Shown here: piece by piece, positions 13,801 to 28,800 of the stretch
Layout: each line of letters opens with the position of its first letter
How positions within the stretch are numbered: the stretch's first letter is position 1
Assembly (NCBI RefSeq): GCF_009914755.1
Contig: NC_060933.1
Strand: one strand, 5' to 3'
Source of the DNA: the human T2T-CHM13v2.0 reference genome, Homo sapiens
Length of the DNA: 64,000 bases
Notes under the pieces: model-generated
What the model was told of the DNA's origin: nothing
Databases searched by the model: none
Seen by the model: only the letters and a program-made list of their open reading frames with translations
Made by a program: the position numbers and the translations under genes

Positions 13801-16800
13801 CGAATGGAATGGAATGCAATGGAATGGATTCAACTTGAATGGAATGGAAAGAATGGAATCAACACGAGTGGAATGGCATGGATTGGAATGGAATGGAATG
13901 GAATCAACCCGAGTACAGGGGAATGGAATGGAATGGAATGCAATGGAATGGAATCATCCGTAATGGAATGGAAAGGAATGGAATGGAATGGAATGGAATG
14001 GAATGGAATGGAATGGAATCAACTCGATTGCAATCGAATGGAATGGAATGGAATTAACCCGAATAGAATGGAATGGAATGGAATGGAACGGAACGGAATG
14101 GAATGGAATGGAATGCCATGGAATGGAACGGAAAGGAAGGGAATGGAATGGAATAGAATGGAATGGAATGGAATCAACGCGAGTGCAGGGGAATGGAATG
14201 GAATGGAATGCAATGGAATGGAATCTTCCGGAATGGAATGGAATGGAATGGAATGGAATGGAATGGAATGGAATCAACCCTAGTGCAATGGAATGGATTG
14301 TAATGGAATGGAATGGAATGGAACAACCCGAATGGAATGGAATGTAATGGAGAGTAAGGGAGTTGAATAGAATCAATCCGAATGTAATGGAATGGAATGG
14401 AACGGAATGGAATTGAAAGGAATGGAATGGAATGCAATGGAATGGAATCAACCCGAGTGCAATGGAATGGAGAGGAATGGAATGGAATGGAATGGAAACT
14501 ACCCGAATGGAATGGAATGTAATGGAGTGTAAGGGAATTGAATAGAATCAATCCGAATGTAATGGAATGGAATGGAACGGAATGGAATGGAATGGAATGG
14601 AATGGAATGGAATGGAATGGAATGCAATGGAATGGAATCAACCCGAGTGCAATCGAATGGAATCGAATGGAATGGAATGCAATGGAATGGATTCAACTTG
14701 AATGGAATGGAAAGAATGGAATCAACACGAGTGGAATGGCATGGATTGGAATGCAATGGAATGGAATCAACCCGAGTACAGGGGAATGGAATGGAATGGA
14801 ATGCAATGGAATGGAATCATCCGTAATGGAATGGAAAGGAATGGAATTGAATGGAATGGAATGGAATGGAATGGAATGGAAAGGAATGGAGTCAACTCGA
14901 TTGCAATCGAATGGAATGGAATGGAATTAACCCGAATAGAATGGAATGGAATGGAATGGAACGGAACGGAATAGAATGGAATGGAATGGAACGGAACGGA
15001 ATGGAACGGAATGGAATGGAATGGAATCAACGCGAGTGCAGGGGAATGGAATGGAATGGAATGCAATGGAATGGAAACTTCCGGAATGGAATGGAATGGA
15101 ATGAAATGCAATGGATTCAACTCGATTGCAATGGAATGGAATAGAATGGAATGGAATGGAATGGAATGGAATGGAATTAATCCGAATAGAATGGAATGGA
15201 ATGGAATGGAACGGAATGGAACGGAATGGAATGGAATGGAATGGAATGGAATGGAATGGAATGGTATGGAATGGAATGGAATGGTACGGAATAGAATGGA
15301 ATGGAACGAAATGTAATGGAATGGAATTGAATGGAATGGAATGGAATGGAATGGAATCAACGCGAGTGCAGGGGAATGTTATGGAACGGAATGCAATGGA
15401 ATGGAATCATCCGGAATGGAATGGAATGGAATGGAATGGAATGGAATCAACACGAGTGCAATGGAATGGAGTGGAATGGAATGGAATGGAATGGAACAAC
15501 CCGAATGGAATGGAATGTAATGGAGAGTAAGGGAGTTGAATAGAATCAATCCGAATGTAATGGAATGGAATGCAACGGAATGGAATGTAATGGAATGGAA
15601 TGGAATGCAATGGAATGGAATCAACCCGAGTACAATGGAATGGAATGGAATGGAATGGAATGGAATGGAATGATACGGAATAGAATGGAATGGAACGAAA
15701 TGGAATGGAATGGAATGGAATGGAATGGAATGGAATGGAATGGAATGGAATGGAATGGAATCGTTCCGAGTGGAATAGGAGGGAATGTATTCGAGTGGAA
15801 TGGAAAGGAATGGAATCAACCAGAGTGGAATGGAAGGGAATGGAATGGAATGGAAACTAATAGAATGGAATCAACCCGAGTGGAATAGAATGGAAAGGAC
15901 TCGAATGGAATGGAATGGAATGGAATCAACTCGTTTGTAATGGAATGGAATGGAATGGAATGGAATGGAATGGAAGTAACCCGAATACAATGGAAGAGAA
16001 TGGAATGGAATGGAAACTAATAGAATGGAATCAACCCGAGTGGAATGGAATGGAAAGGACTGGAATGGAATGGAATGGAATGGAATCAACTCGATTGTAA
16101 TGGAATGGAATGGAATGGAATGGAATGGAATGGAATGGAATGGAAGTAACCCGAATACAATGGAATGGAATGGAATGGAATGGAATGGAGTGGAATGGAA
16201 TGGAATCAACCCGAGTGCAGGGGAATGGAATGGAATGGAATGCAATGGAATGGAAACATCCGGAATGGAATGGAATGGAATGGAATGCAAAACAATGGAA
16301 TCATCTCGATTACAATGGAATGGAATGGAATAGAATGGAATGGAATTAACACGAATAGAATGGAATGGAATGGAATTGAATGGAAAAGAAAGGAATGGAA
16401 TGGAATGGAATGGAATCAACCCAAGTGCAGGGGAATGGAATGGAATGGAATTCAATGGAATGGAATCATCCGGAATGGAATGGAATGTAATGGAATGGAA
16501 TGGAATGGAATGGAATGGAATCAACCCGAGTGCAATGGAATGGAGAGGAATGGAATGGAATGGAATGGAAACTACACGAATCGAATGGATTGTAATGGAG
16601 TGTAAGGGAATTGAATAGAATGAATCCGAATGGAATGGAATGGAAAGGAATGGAATGGAATGGAATGGAATGGAACGGAGCGGAACGGAACGGAACGGAA
16701 TGGAATGGAATGGAATGGAATGGAATGGAATGGAATGCAATGGAATCAACTGATTGCAATGGAATGGAATGGAATGGAATGGAATGGAATGGAATGGAAT

Positions 16801-19800
16801 GGAATTAACCCGAATAGAATGGAATGGAATTAAATGGAACGGAACGGAATGGAATGGAATGGAATGGAATGGAATGGAATGGAATGGAATGGAATGGAAT
16901 CAACCCGACTGCAGGGGAATGGAAAGGAATGGAATGCAATGGAATGGATTCAACTTGAATGGAATGGAAAGAATGGAATCAACACGAGTGGAATGGCATG
17001 GATTGGAATGGAATGGAATGGAATCAACCCGAGTACAGGGGAATGGAATGGAATGGAATGCAATGGAATGGAATCATCCGTAATGGAATGGAAAGGAATG
17101 GAATGGAATGGAATGGAATGGAATGGAATGGAATGGAATCAACTCGATTGCAATCGAATGGAATGGAATGGAATTAACCCAAATAGAATGGAATGGAATG
17201 GAATGGAACGGAACGGAATGGAATGGAATGGAATGGAATGGAACGGAACGGAACGGAACGGAACGGAACGGAACGGAATGGAATGGAATGGCATGGAATG
17301 GAATCAACGCGAGTGCAGGGGAATTGAATGGAATGGAATTCAATGGAATGGAATCTTCCGCAATGGAATGGAATGGAATGGAATGGAATGGAATCAACCC
17401 GAGTGCAATGGAATGGAGTGGAATGGAATGGAATGGAATAGAACAACCCGAATGGAATGGAATGTAATGGAGAGTAAGGGAGTTGAATAGAATCAATCCG
17501 AATGTAATGGAATGGAATGGAACGGAATGGAAAGGAATGGAATGGAATGCAATGGAATGGAATCAACCCGAGTTCAATGAAATGGAGAGGAATGGAATGG
17601 AATGGAATGGAAACTACCCGAATGGAATGGAATGTAATGGAGTGTAAGGGAATTGAATAGAATCAATCCGAATGTAATGGAATGGAATGGAACGGAATGG
17701 AATGGAATGGAATGGAATGGAATGGAATGGAATGCAATGGAATGGAATCAACCCGAGTGCAATCAAATGGAATCGAATGGAATGGAATGCAATGGAATGG
17801 ATTCAACTTGAATGGAATGGAAAGAATGGAATCAACACGAGTGGAATGACATGGATTGGAATGGAATGGAATGGAATCAACCCGAGTACAGGGGAATGGA
17901 ATGGAATGGAATGCAATGGAATGGAATCATCCGTAATGGAATGGAAAGGAATGGAATGGAATGGAATGGAATGGAATGGAATGGAATCAACTCGATTGCA
18001 ATCGAATGGAATGGAATGGAATTAACCCGAATAGAATGGAATGGAATGGAATGGAACGGAACGGAATGGAATGGAATGGAATGGAATGGAACGGAAAGGA
18101 AGGGAATGGAATGGAATAGAATGGAATGGAATGGAATCAAAGCGAGTGCAGGGGAATGGAATGGAACGGAATGCAATGGAATGGAATCTTCCGGAATGGA
18201 ATGCAATGGAGTGGAATGGAATGGAATCAACCCGAGTGCAGGGGAATGGAATGGAATGGAATGCAATGGAATGGAATCATCCGGAATGGAATGGAATGGA
18301 ATGGAATGGAATGGAATGGAATGGAATCAACCCGAGTGCGATGGAATGGAGTGGAATGGAATGGAATGGAATGGAACAACCCGAATGGAATGGAATGTAA
18401 TGGAGAGTAAGGGAGTTGAATAGAATCAATTCGAATGTAATGGAATGGAATGCAACGGAATGGAATGGAATGGAATGGAATGGAAGGCAATGGAATGGAA
18501 TCAACCTGAGTACAATGGAATGGAATGGAATTTAATGGAATGGAATGGAATGGAATGATACGGAATAGAATGGAATGGAACGAACTGGAATGGAATGGAA
18601 TGGAATGGAATGGAATGGAATGGAATGGAATGGAATCGTTCCGAGTGGAATAGGAGGGAATGTATTCGAGTGGAATGGAAAGGAATGGAATCAACAAGAG
18701 TGGAATGGAAGGGAATGGAATGGAATGGAAACTAATAGAATGGAATCAACCCGAGTGGAATGGAATGGAAAGGACTGGAATGGAATGGAATGGAATGGAA
18801 TCAACTCGATTGTAATGGAATGGAATGGAATGGAATGGAATGGAATGGAATTAACCCGAATAAAATGGAAGGGAATGGAATGGAATGGAAACTAATAGAA
18901 TGGAATCAACCCGAGTGGAATGGAATGGAAAGGACTGGAATGGAATGGAATGGAATGGAATCAACTCGATTGTAATGGAATGGAATGGAATGGAATGGAA
19001 TGGAATGGAATGGAATGGAATTAACCCGAATACAATGGAATGGAATGGAAAGGAATGGAATGGAGGGGAATGGAATGGAATCAACCCGAGTGCAGGGGAA
19101 TGGAATGGAATGGAATGCAATGGAATGGAATCATCCGGAATGGAATGGAATGGAATGGAATGCAAAGCAATGGAATCAACTCGATTGCAGTGGAATGGAA
19201 TGGAATGGAAAGGAATACATTGGAATCAACCTGAGTGGAATGAATGGAAAGGACTGGAATGGAGTGGAATGGAATGGAATGCAATGGAATGGAATGGAAT
19301 GGAATCAACTTGATTGGAATGGAATGGAATGGAATGGAATGGAATGGAATCAACCCGACTGCAGGGGAATGGAATGGAATGGAATGCAATGGAATGGATT
19401 CAACTTGAATGGAATGGAAAGAATGGAATCAACACGAGTGGAATGGCATGGATTGGAATGGAATGGAATGGAATCAACCCGAGTACAGGGGAATGGAATG
19501 GAATGGAATGCAATGGAATGGAATCATCCGTAATGGAATGGAAAGGAATGGAATGGAATGGAATGGAATGGAATGGAATGGAATGGAATGGAATGGAATC
19601 AACTCGATTGCAATCGAATGGAATGGAATGGAATTAACCCAAATAGAATGGAATGGAATGGAATGGAATGGAACGGAATGGAACGGAATGGAATGGAATG
19701 GAATGGAATGGAATGGTATGGAATGGAATGGAATGGTACGGAATAGAATGGAATGGAACGAATTGTAATGGAATGGAATTGAATGGAATGGAATGGAATG

Positions 19801-22800
19801 GAATGGATTGGAATGGATTGCAATGGAATGAAATGGAATGGAATGGAATGGAATCAATCATGGAAGGGAATGTAATGGAGTGTAAAGAAGGGAATGGAAT
19901 CAACCCGAGTGGAATGCAAGGCAATGGAATGGAATGGAAAGGAATGGAATGGAATCAACTAGATTGTAATGGAATGGAATGGAATGGAATGGAATGGAAT
20001 GGAATTAACCGGAATAGAATGGAATGGAATGGAATGGAACGGAATGGAATGGAATGGAAGGGAATGGAATCAACACGAGTGCAGGGGAATGGAATGGAAT
20101 GGAATGCAATGGAATGGAATCATCCGGAATGGAATGGAATGGAATGGAATCAACTCCATTGCAATGGAATGGAATGGAATGGAATGGAATAGAATGGAAT
20201 GGAATTAACCCGAATAGAATCGAATGCAATAGAATGGAATGCAACGGAACCGAATGGAGTGGAATGGAATGGAATGGAATCTACCCGAGTACAGGGGAAT
20301 GGAATGGAATGGAATGCAATGGAATGGAGTCATCCGTAATGGAATGGAAAGGAATGGAATGGAATGGAATGGAATGGAATGGAATGGAATGGAATCCACT
20401 CAATGGCAATCGAATGGAATGGAATGGAATTAACCCGAATAGAATGGAATGGAATGGAATGGAACGGAACGGAATGGAATGGAATGGAATGGAATGGAAT
20501 GGAACGCAACGGAATGGAATGGAATGGAATGGAATGGAATCAACGCGAGTGCAGGGGAATGGAATGGAATGGAATGCAATGGAATGGAATCTTCCGGAAT
20601 GGAATGGAATGGAATGAAATGCAGTCGATTCAACTCGATTGCAATGGAATGGAATAGAATGGAATGGAATAGAATGGAATGGAATTAACCCGAATAGAAT
20701 GGAATGGAATGGAACGGAATGGAACGGAAGGGAATGGAATGGAATGGAATGGAATGGTATGGAATGGAATGGAATGGTACGGAATAGAATGGAATGGAAC
20801 GAATTCTAATGCAATGGAATTGAATTGAATGGAATGGAATGGAATGGAATCAACGCGAGTGCAGGGGAATGTAATGGAACGGAATGCAATGGAATGGAAT
20901 CATCCGGAATGGAATGGAATGGAAAGGAATGGAATGGAATGGAATCAACACGAGTGCAATGGAATGGAGTGGAATGGAATGGAATGGAATGGAACAACCC
21001 GAATGGAATGGAATGTAATGGACAGTAAGGGAGTTGAATAGAATCAATCCGAATGTAATGGAATGGAATGCAACGGAATGGAATGGAATGGAATGGAATG
21101 GAATGGAATGGAATGCAAAGGAATGGAATCAACCCGAGTGGAATGGCATGGAATGGAATGCAATTGAATGGAATGGAATGGAATCAACTCGAGTGGAAAG
21201 GAATGGAATGGAATGGAAAGGAATGGAATGAAGTCAACTCGAGTGGAATGGAATGGAATGGAATGGATTGGAATGGATTGCAATGGAATGAAATGGAATG
21301 GAATGGAATGGAATCAATCATTCCGAGTGGAATGGAAGGGAATGTAATAGAGTGGAAAGAAGGGAATGGAATCAACCCGAGTGGAATGCAAGGCAATGGA
21401 ATGGAATGGAAAGGAATGGAATGGAATCAACTCGATTGCAATGGAATGGAATGGAATGGAATGGAATTAACCGGAATAGAATGGAATGGAATGGAATGGA
21501 ACGGAATGGAATGGAAGGGAAGGGAATGGAATCAACACGAGTGCAGGGGAATGGAATGGAATGGAATGCAATGGAATGGAATCATCCGGAATGGAATGGA
21601 ATGGAATGGAATCAACTCCATTGCAATGGAATGGAATGGAATGGAATGGAATAGAATGGAATGGAATTAAACCGAATAGAATGGAATCCAATATAATGGA
21701 ATGCAACGGAACCGAATGGAGTGGAATGGAATGGAATGGAATGGAATGGAATGGAATGGAATCAACTCGATGGCAATCGAATGGAATGGAATGGAATTAA
21801 CCCGAATAGAATGGAATGGAATGGAATGGAACGGAACGGAATGGAATGGAATGGAATGGAATGGAATGGAATGGAATGGAACGGAACGGAATGGAATGGA
21901 ATGGAATGGAATGGAATCAACGCGACTGCAGGGGAATGGAATGGAATGGAATGCAATGCAATGGAATCTTCCGGAATGGAATGGAATGGAATGAAAGGCA
22001 ATGGATTCAACTCGATGGCAATGGAATGGAATAGAATGGAATGGAATGGAATGGAATGGAATGGAATTGAATGGAATGGAATGCCTTCAAACCGAATGGA
22101 ATGGAAAGGAATGGAATCAACACGAGTGGAAAGGAATGGAATGGAAAGGAATGGAATAGAATGGAATGGTATGGAATAGAATGGAATCGAACGAACTGGA
22201 ATGGAATGGAATGGAATGGAATGGAATGGAATCGTTCCGAGTGGAATAGGAGGGAATGTATTCGAGTGGAATGGAAAGGAATGGAATCAACCAGAGTGGA
22301 ATGGAAGGGAATGGAATGGAATGGAAACTAATAGAATGGAATCAACCCGAGTGGAAAGGAATGGAAAGGACTGGAATGGAATGGAATGGAATGGAATGGA
22401 ATGGAATGGAACCAACTCGATTGTAATGGAATGGAATGGAATGGAATGGAATGGAATGGAATGGAATGGAATTAACCCGAATACAATGGAATGGAATGGA
22501 ATGGAACGGAATGGAGTGGAATGGAATGGAATCAACCCGAGTGCAAGGGAATGGAATGGAATGGAATGCAATGGAATGGAATCATCCGGAATGGAATGGA
22601 AAGGAATGGAATGCAAAGCAATGGAATCAACTCGATTGCAATGGAATGGAATGGAATGGAAAGGAATAGAATTGAATCAACCCGAGTGTAATGGAATGGA
22701 AAGGACTGGAATGGAGTGGAATGGAATGGAATGGAATGGAATGGAATCAACTCGATTGGAATGGAATCTAATGGAATTGAATGGAATGGAATGGAATGGA

Positions 22801-25800
22801 ATTAACCCGAATAGAATGGAATGGAATGGAATGGAACGGAATGGAATGGAATGGAATGGAATGGAATGGAATGGAATCAACCCGACTGCAGGGGAATGGA
22901 ATGGAATGGAATGGAATGGAATGGAATGGAATGGAATGGAATGGAATGGAATCATCCGGAACGGAATGGAATGGAATGGAATGGAATCAACTTGATTGCA
23001 ATGGAATGGAATGGAATGGAATGGAATGGAATGGAATGGAATGGAATTAACCGGAATAGAATGGAATGGAATGGAATGGAACGGAATGGAATGGAATGGA
23101 ATGGAATGGAATCAACCCGAGTGCAGTGGAATGTAAGGGAGAGTAAGGGAGTTGAATAGAATCAATCCGAATGTAATGGAATGGAATGCAACGGAATGGA
23201 ATGGAATGGAATGGAATGGAATGGAATGGAATGGAATGGAATTAACCCGAATAAAATGGAATGGAATGGAATGGAACGGAATGGAGTGGAATGGAATGGA
23301 ATCAACCCGAGTGCAGGGGAATGGAATGGAATGGAATGCAATGGAATGGAATCATCCGGAATGGAATGGAATGGAATGGAATGCAATCAACCTGATGCAA
23401 TGGAATGGAGTGGAATGGAATGGAATGGAATGGAAACATCCCGAATGGAATGGAATATAATGGAGTGTAAGGGAATTGAATAGAATCAATCCGAATGTAA
23501 TGGAATTTAATGGAATGAAATGGAATGGAATGGAATGGAATGGAATCAACCCGAGTGCAATGGAATGGATTCGAATGGAATGGAATGGAATGGAATGGAT
23601 TCAACAAGAATGGAATGGAAAGGAATGGAATCAACCCGAGTGTAATGGCATGGAATGGAACGGAATGGAATGGGATGGAATGGAATGGTATGGAATAGAA
23701 TGGAATGGAATGAAATGGAATGGAATGGAATGGAATGGAATGGAATGGAATGGAATGGAATGGAATCGAATGAACTCGTGTGCAATGGAATGGAATGGAA
23801 TGGATTCATCTCGAATGGAATCAACTCGATTGCAATGGAATGGAATGGAATTGAAAGGAATAGAATGGAATCATCCCGAGTGGAATGGAATGGAAAGGAC
23901 TGGAATGGAGTGGAATGGAATGGAATGGAATTAACCCGAATAGAATGAAATGGAACGGAATGGAATGGAATGTAATGGAATGGAATGGAATGGAATCAAC
24001 CCGAGTGCAGGGGAATGGAATGGAATGGAATGCAATGGAATGGAATCATCCGGAATGGAAAGGAATGGAATGGAATGGAATGGAATGGAATGGAATGGAA
24101 TGGAATCAACTCGATTTCAATGGAATGGAATGGAATAGAATGGAATGGAATTAACACGAATAGAATGGAATGGAATGGAATTGAATGGAACAGAAAGGAA
24201 TGGAATGGAATGGAATGGAATCAACCCAAGTGCAGGGGAATGGAATGGAATGGAATTCAATGGAATGGAATCATCCGGAATGGAATGGAATGGAATGGAA
24301 TGGAATGGAATGGAATGGAATCAACCCGAGTGCAATGGAATGGAGAGGAATGGAATGGAATGGAATGGAAACTACACGAATCGAATGGAATGTAATGGAG
24401 TGTAAGGGAATTGAATAGAATGAATCCGAATGGAATGGAATGGAATGGAATCAACGCGAGTGCAGGGGAATGGAATGTAATGGAATGCAATGAAATGGAA
24501 TCTTCCGGAATGGAATGGAATGGAATGGAATGCAATGGATTCAACTCGATTGCAATGGAATGGAATAGAATGGAATGGAATGGAATGGAATGGAATTAAC
24601 CCGAATAGAATGGAATGGAATGGAACGGAATGGAACGGAACGGAATGGAATGGAATGGAATGGAATGGAATGGAATGGAATGGAATGGTGGGGAATGGAA
24701 TGGAATGGAATGGAATCAACGCGAGTGCAGGGGAATGTAATGGAAAAGAATGTAATGGAATGGAATCATCCGGAACGGAATGGAATGGAATGGAATGGAA
24801 TGGAATCAACCCGAGTGCAATGGAATGGAGGGGAATGGAATGGAATGGAATGGAACAACCCGAATGGAATGGAATGTAATGGAGAGTAAGGGAGTTGAAT
24901 AGAATCAATCCGAATGTAATGGAATGGAATGGAACGGAATGGAATGGAATGGAATGGAATGCAATTGAATGGAATCAACCCGAGTACAATGGAATGGAAT
25001 GGAATGGAATGGAATGGAATGGAATGGAATGGCTTCAAACCGAATGGAATGGAAAGGAATGGAATCAACACGAGTGGAATGGAATTGAATGGAATGGAAT
25101 GCAATCGAATGGAATGGAATGGTATGGAATAGAATGGAATGGAAAGAAATGGAATGGAATGGAATGGAATGGAATTTAATGGAATCGTTCCGAGTGCAAT
25201 AGGAGGGAATGTATTCGAGTGGATTGGAAAGGAATGGAATCAACCAGAGTGGAATGGAAGGGAATGGAATGGAATGGAAACTAATAGAATGGAATCAACC
25301 CGAGTGGAATGGAATGGAAAGGACTGGAATGGAATGGAATGGAATGGAATGGAATGGAATGGAATTAACCCAAATACAATGGAATGGAATGGAATGGAAC
25401 GGAATGGAGTGGAATGGAATGGAATCAACCCGAGTGCAGGGGAATGGAATGGAATGGAATGGAATGCAATGGAATGGAATCATCCGGAATGGAATGGAAT
25501 GGAATGGAATGCAAAGCAATGGAATCAACTCGATTGCAATGGAATGGAATGGACTGGAAAGGAATACATTGGAATCAACCCGAGTGGAATGGAATGGAAA
25601 GGACTGGAATGGAGTGGAATGGAATGGAATGGAATGGAATGGAATCAACTCGATTGGAATGGAATGGAATGGAATGGAATGGAATGGAATTAACCCGAAT
25701 AGAATGGAATGGAATTAAATGGAACGGAACAGAATGAAATGGAATGGAATGGAATGGAATGGAATGGAATCAACCCGACTGCAGGGGAATGGAATGGAAT

Positions 25801-28800
25801 GGAATGCAATGGAATGGATTCAACTTGAATGGAATGGAAAGAATGGAATCAACACGAGTGGAATGGCATGGATTGGAATGGAATGGAATGGAATGAACCC
25901 GAGTACAGGGGAATGGAATGGAATGGAATGCAATGGAATGGAATCATCAGTAATGGAATGGAAAGGAATGGAATGGAATGGAATGGAATGGAATGGAATG
26001 GAATGGAATCAACTCGATTGCAATCGAATGGAATGGAATGGAATTAACCCGAATAGAATGGAATGGAATGGAATGGAACGGAACGGAACGGAACGGAATG
26101 GAATGGAATGGAATGGAATGGAATGGAACGGAAAGGAATGGAATGGAATGGAATGGAATGGAATCAACGCGAGTGCAGGGGAATGGAATGTAATGGAATG
26201 CAATGGAATGGAATCTTCCGGAATGGAATGGAATGGAATGGAATGGAATCAACCCGAGTGCAATGGAATGGAGTGGAATGGAATGGAATGGAATGGAACA
26301 ACCCGAATGGAATGGAATGTAATGGAGAGTAAGGGAGTTGAATAGAATCATTCCGAATGTAATGGAATGGAATGGAACGGAATGGAATTCAATGGAATGG
26401 AATGGAATGCAATGGAATGGAATCAACCCGAGTGCAATGGAATGGAGAGGAATGGAATGGAATGGAATGGAAACTACCAGAATGGAATGGAATGTAATGG
26501 AGTGTAAGGGAATTGAATAGAATCAATCTGAATGTAATGGAATGGAATGGAACGGAATGGAATGGAATGGAATGGAATGGAATGGAATGGAATGGAATCA
26601 ACAAGAGTGCAATCGAATGGAATCGAATGGAATGCAATGCAATGGAATGGATTCAACTTGAATGGAATGGAAAGAATGGAATCAACACGAGTGGAATGGC
26701 ATGGATTGGAATGGAATGGAATGGAATCAACCCGAGTACAGGGGAATGGAATGGAATGGAATGCAATGGAATGGAATCATCCGTAATGGAATGGAAAGGA
26801 ATGGAATGGAATGGAATGGAATGGAATCAACTCGATTGCAATCGAATGGAATGGAATGGAATTAACCCAAATAGAATGGAATGGAATGGAATGGAACGGA
26901 ACAGGAATGGAATGGAATGGAATGGAATGGAATGGAACGGAACGGAACGGAATGGAATGGAATGGAATGGAACGGAATGGCATGGAATCAACGCGAGTGT
27001 AGGGGAATGGAATGGAATGGAATGCAATGGAATGGAATCTTCCGGAATGGAATGGAATGGAATGGAATGAAATGCAATGGATTCAACTCGATTGCAATGG
27101 AATGGAATAGAATGGAATGGAATGGAATGGAATGGAATTAACCCGAATAGAATGGAATGGAATGGAATGGAACGGAATGGAACGGAATGGAATGGAATGG
27201 AATGGAATGGAATGGAATGGAATGGAATGGAACGGAATGGTATGGAATGGAATGGAATAGTACGGAATAGAATGGAATGGAAAGAATTGTAATGGAATGG
27301 AATTGAATGGAATGGAATGGAATGGAATGGAATCAACGCGCGTGCAGGGGAATGTAATGGAACGGAATGCAATGGAATGGAATCATCCGGAATGGAATGG
27401 AATGGAATGGAATGGAATCAACCCGAGTGCAATGGAATGGAGTGGAATGGAATGGAATGGAATGGAACAACCCGAATGGAATGGAATGGAATGGAGAGTA
27501 AGGGAGTTGAATAGAATCAATCCGAATGTAATGGAATGGAATGCAACGGAATGGAATGGAATGGAATGGAATGGAATGCAATGGAATGGAATCAACCCGA
27601 GTACAATGGAATGGAATGGAATGGAATGGAATGGAATGGAATGGAATGGATTGGAATGCCTTCAAACCGAATGGAATGGAAAGGAATGGAATCAACACGA
27701 GTGGAATGGAATGGAATGGAAAGGAATAGAATGGAATGGAATGGTACGGAATAGAATGGAATGGAACGAAATGGAATGGAATGGAATGGAATAGAATGGA
27801 ATCGTTCAGAGTGGAATAGGAGGGAACGTATTCGAGTGGAATGGAAAGGAATGGAATCAACCAGAGTGGAATGGAAGGGAATGGAATGGAATGGAAACTA
27901 ATAGAATGGAATCAACCCGAGTGGAATGGAATGGAAATGACTGGAATGGAATGGAATGGAATGGAATGGAATGGAATCAACTCGATTGTAATGGATTGGA
28001 ATGGAATGGAATTGAAGGGAATGGAATGGAATTAACCCGAATACAACGGAATGGAATGGAATGGAACGGAATGGAGTGGAATGGAATGGAATCAACCCGA
28101 GTGCAGGGGAATGGAATGGAATGGAATGCAATGGAATGGAATCATCCGGAATGGAATGGAATGGAATGGAATGCAAAGCAATGGAATCAACTCGATTGCA
28201 ATGGAATGGAATGGAATGGAAAGGAATACATTGGAATCAACCCGAGTGGAATGGAATGGAAAGGACTGGAATGGAGTGGAATGGAATGGAATGGAATGGA
28301 ATGGAATCAACTCGATTGGAATGGAATGGAATGGAATGGAATGGAATGGAATGGAATGGAATTAACCCGAATAGAATGGAATGGAATTAAATGGAAAGGA
28401 ACGGAATGGAATGGAATGGAATGGAATGGAATGGAATGGAATCAACCCGACTGAAGGGGAATGGAATGGAATGGAATGCAATGGAATGGACTCAACTTGA
28501 ATGGAATGGAAAGAATGGAATCAACAAGAGTGGAATGGCATGGATTGCAATGGAATGGAATGGAATCAACCCGAGTACAGGGGAATGGAATGGAATGGAA
28601 TGCAATGGAATGGAATCATCCGTAATGGAATGGAAAGGAAAGGAATGGAATGGAATCAACTCGATTGCAATCGCATGGAATGGAATGGAATGTAATGGAA
28701 AGGAATGGAATGGAATGAAATGGGATGGAATGGAATGCAATGGAATGGAATCAACCCGAGTGCAATCGAATGGAATCGAATGGAATGGAATGCAATGGAA

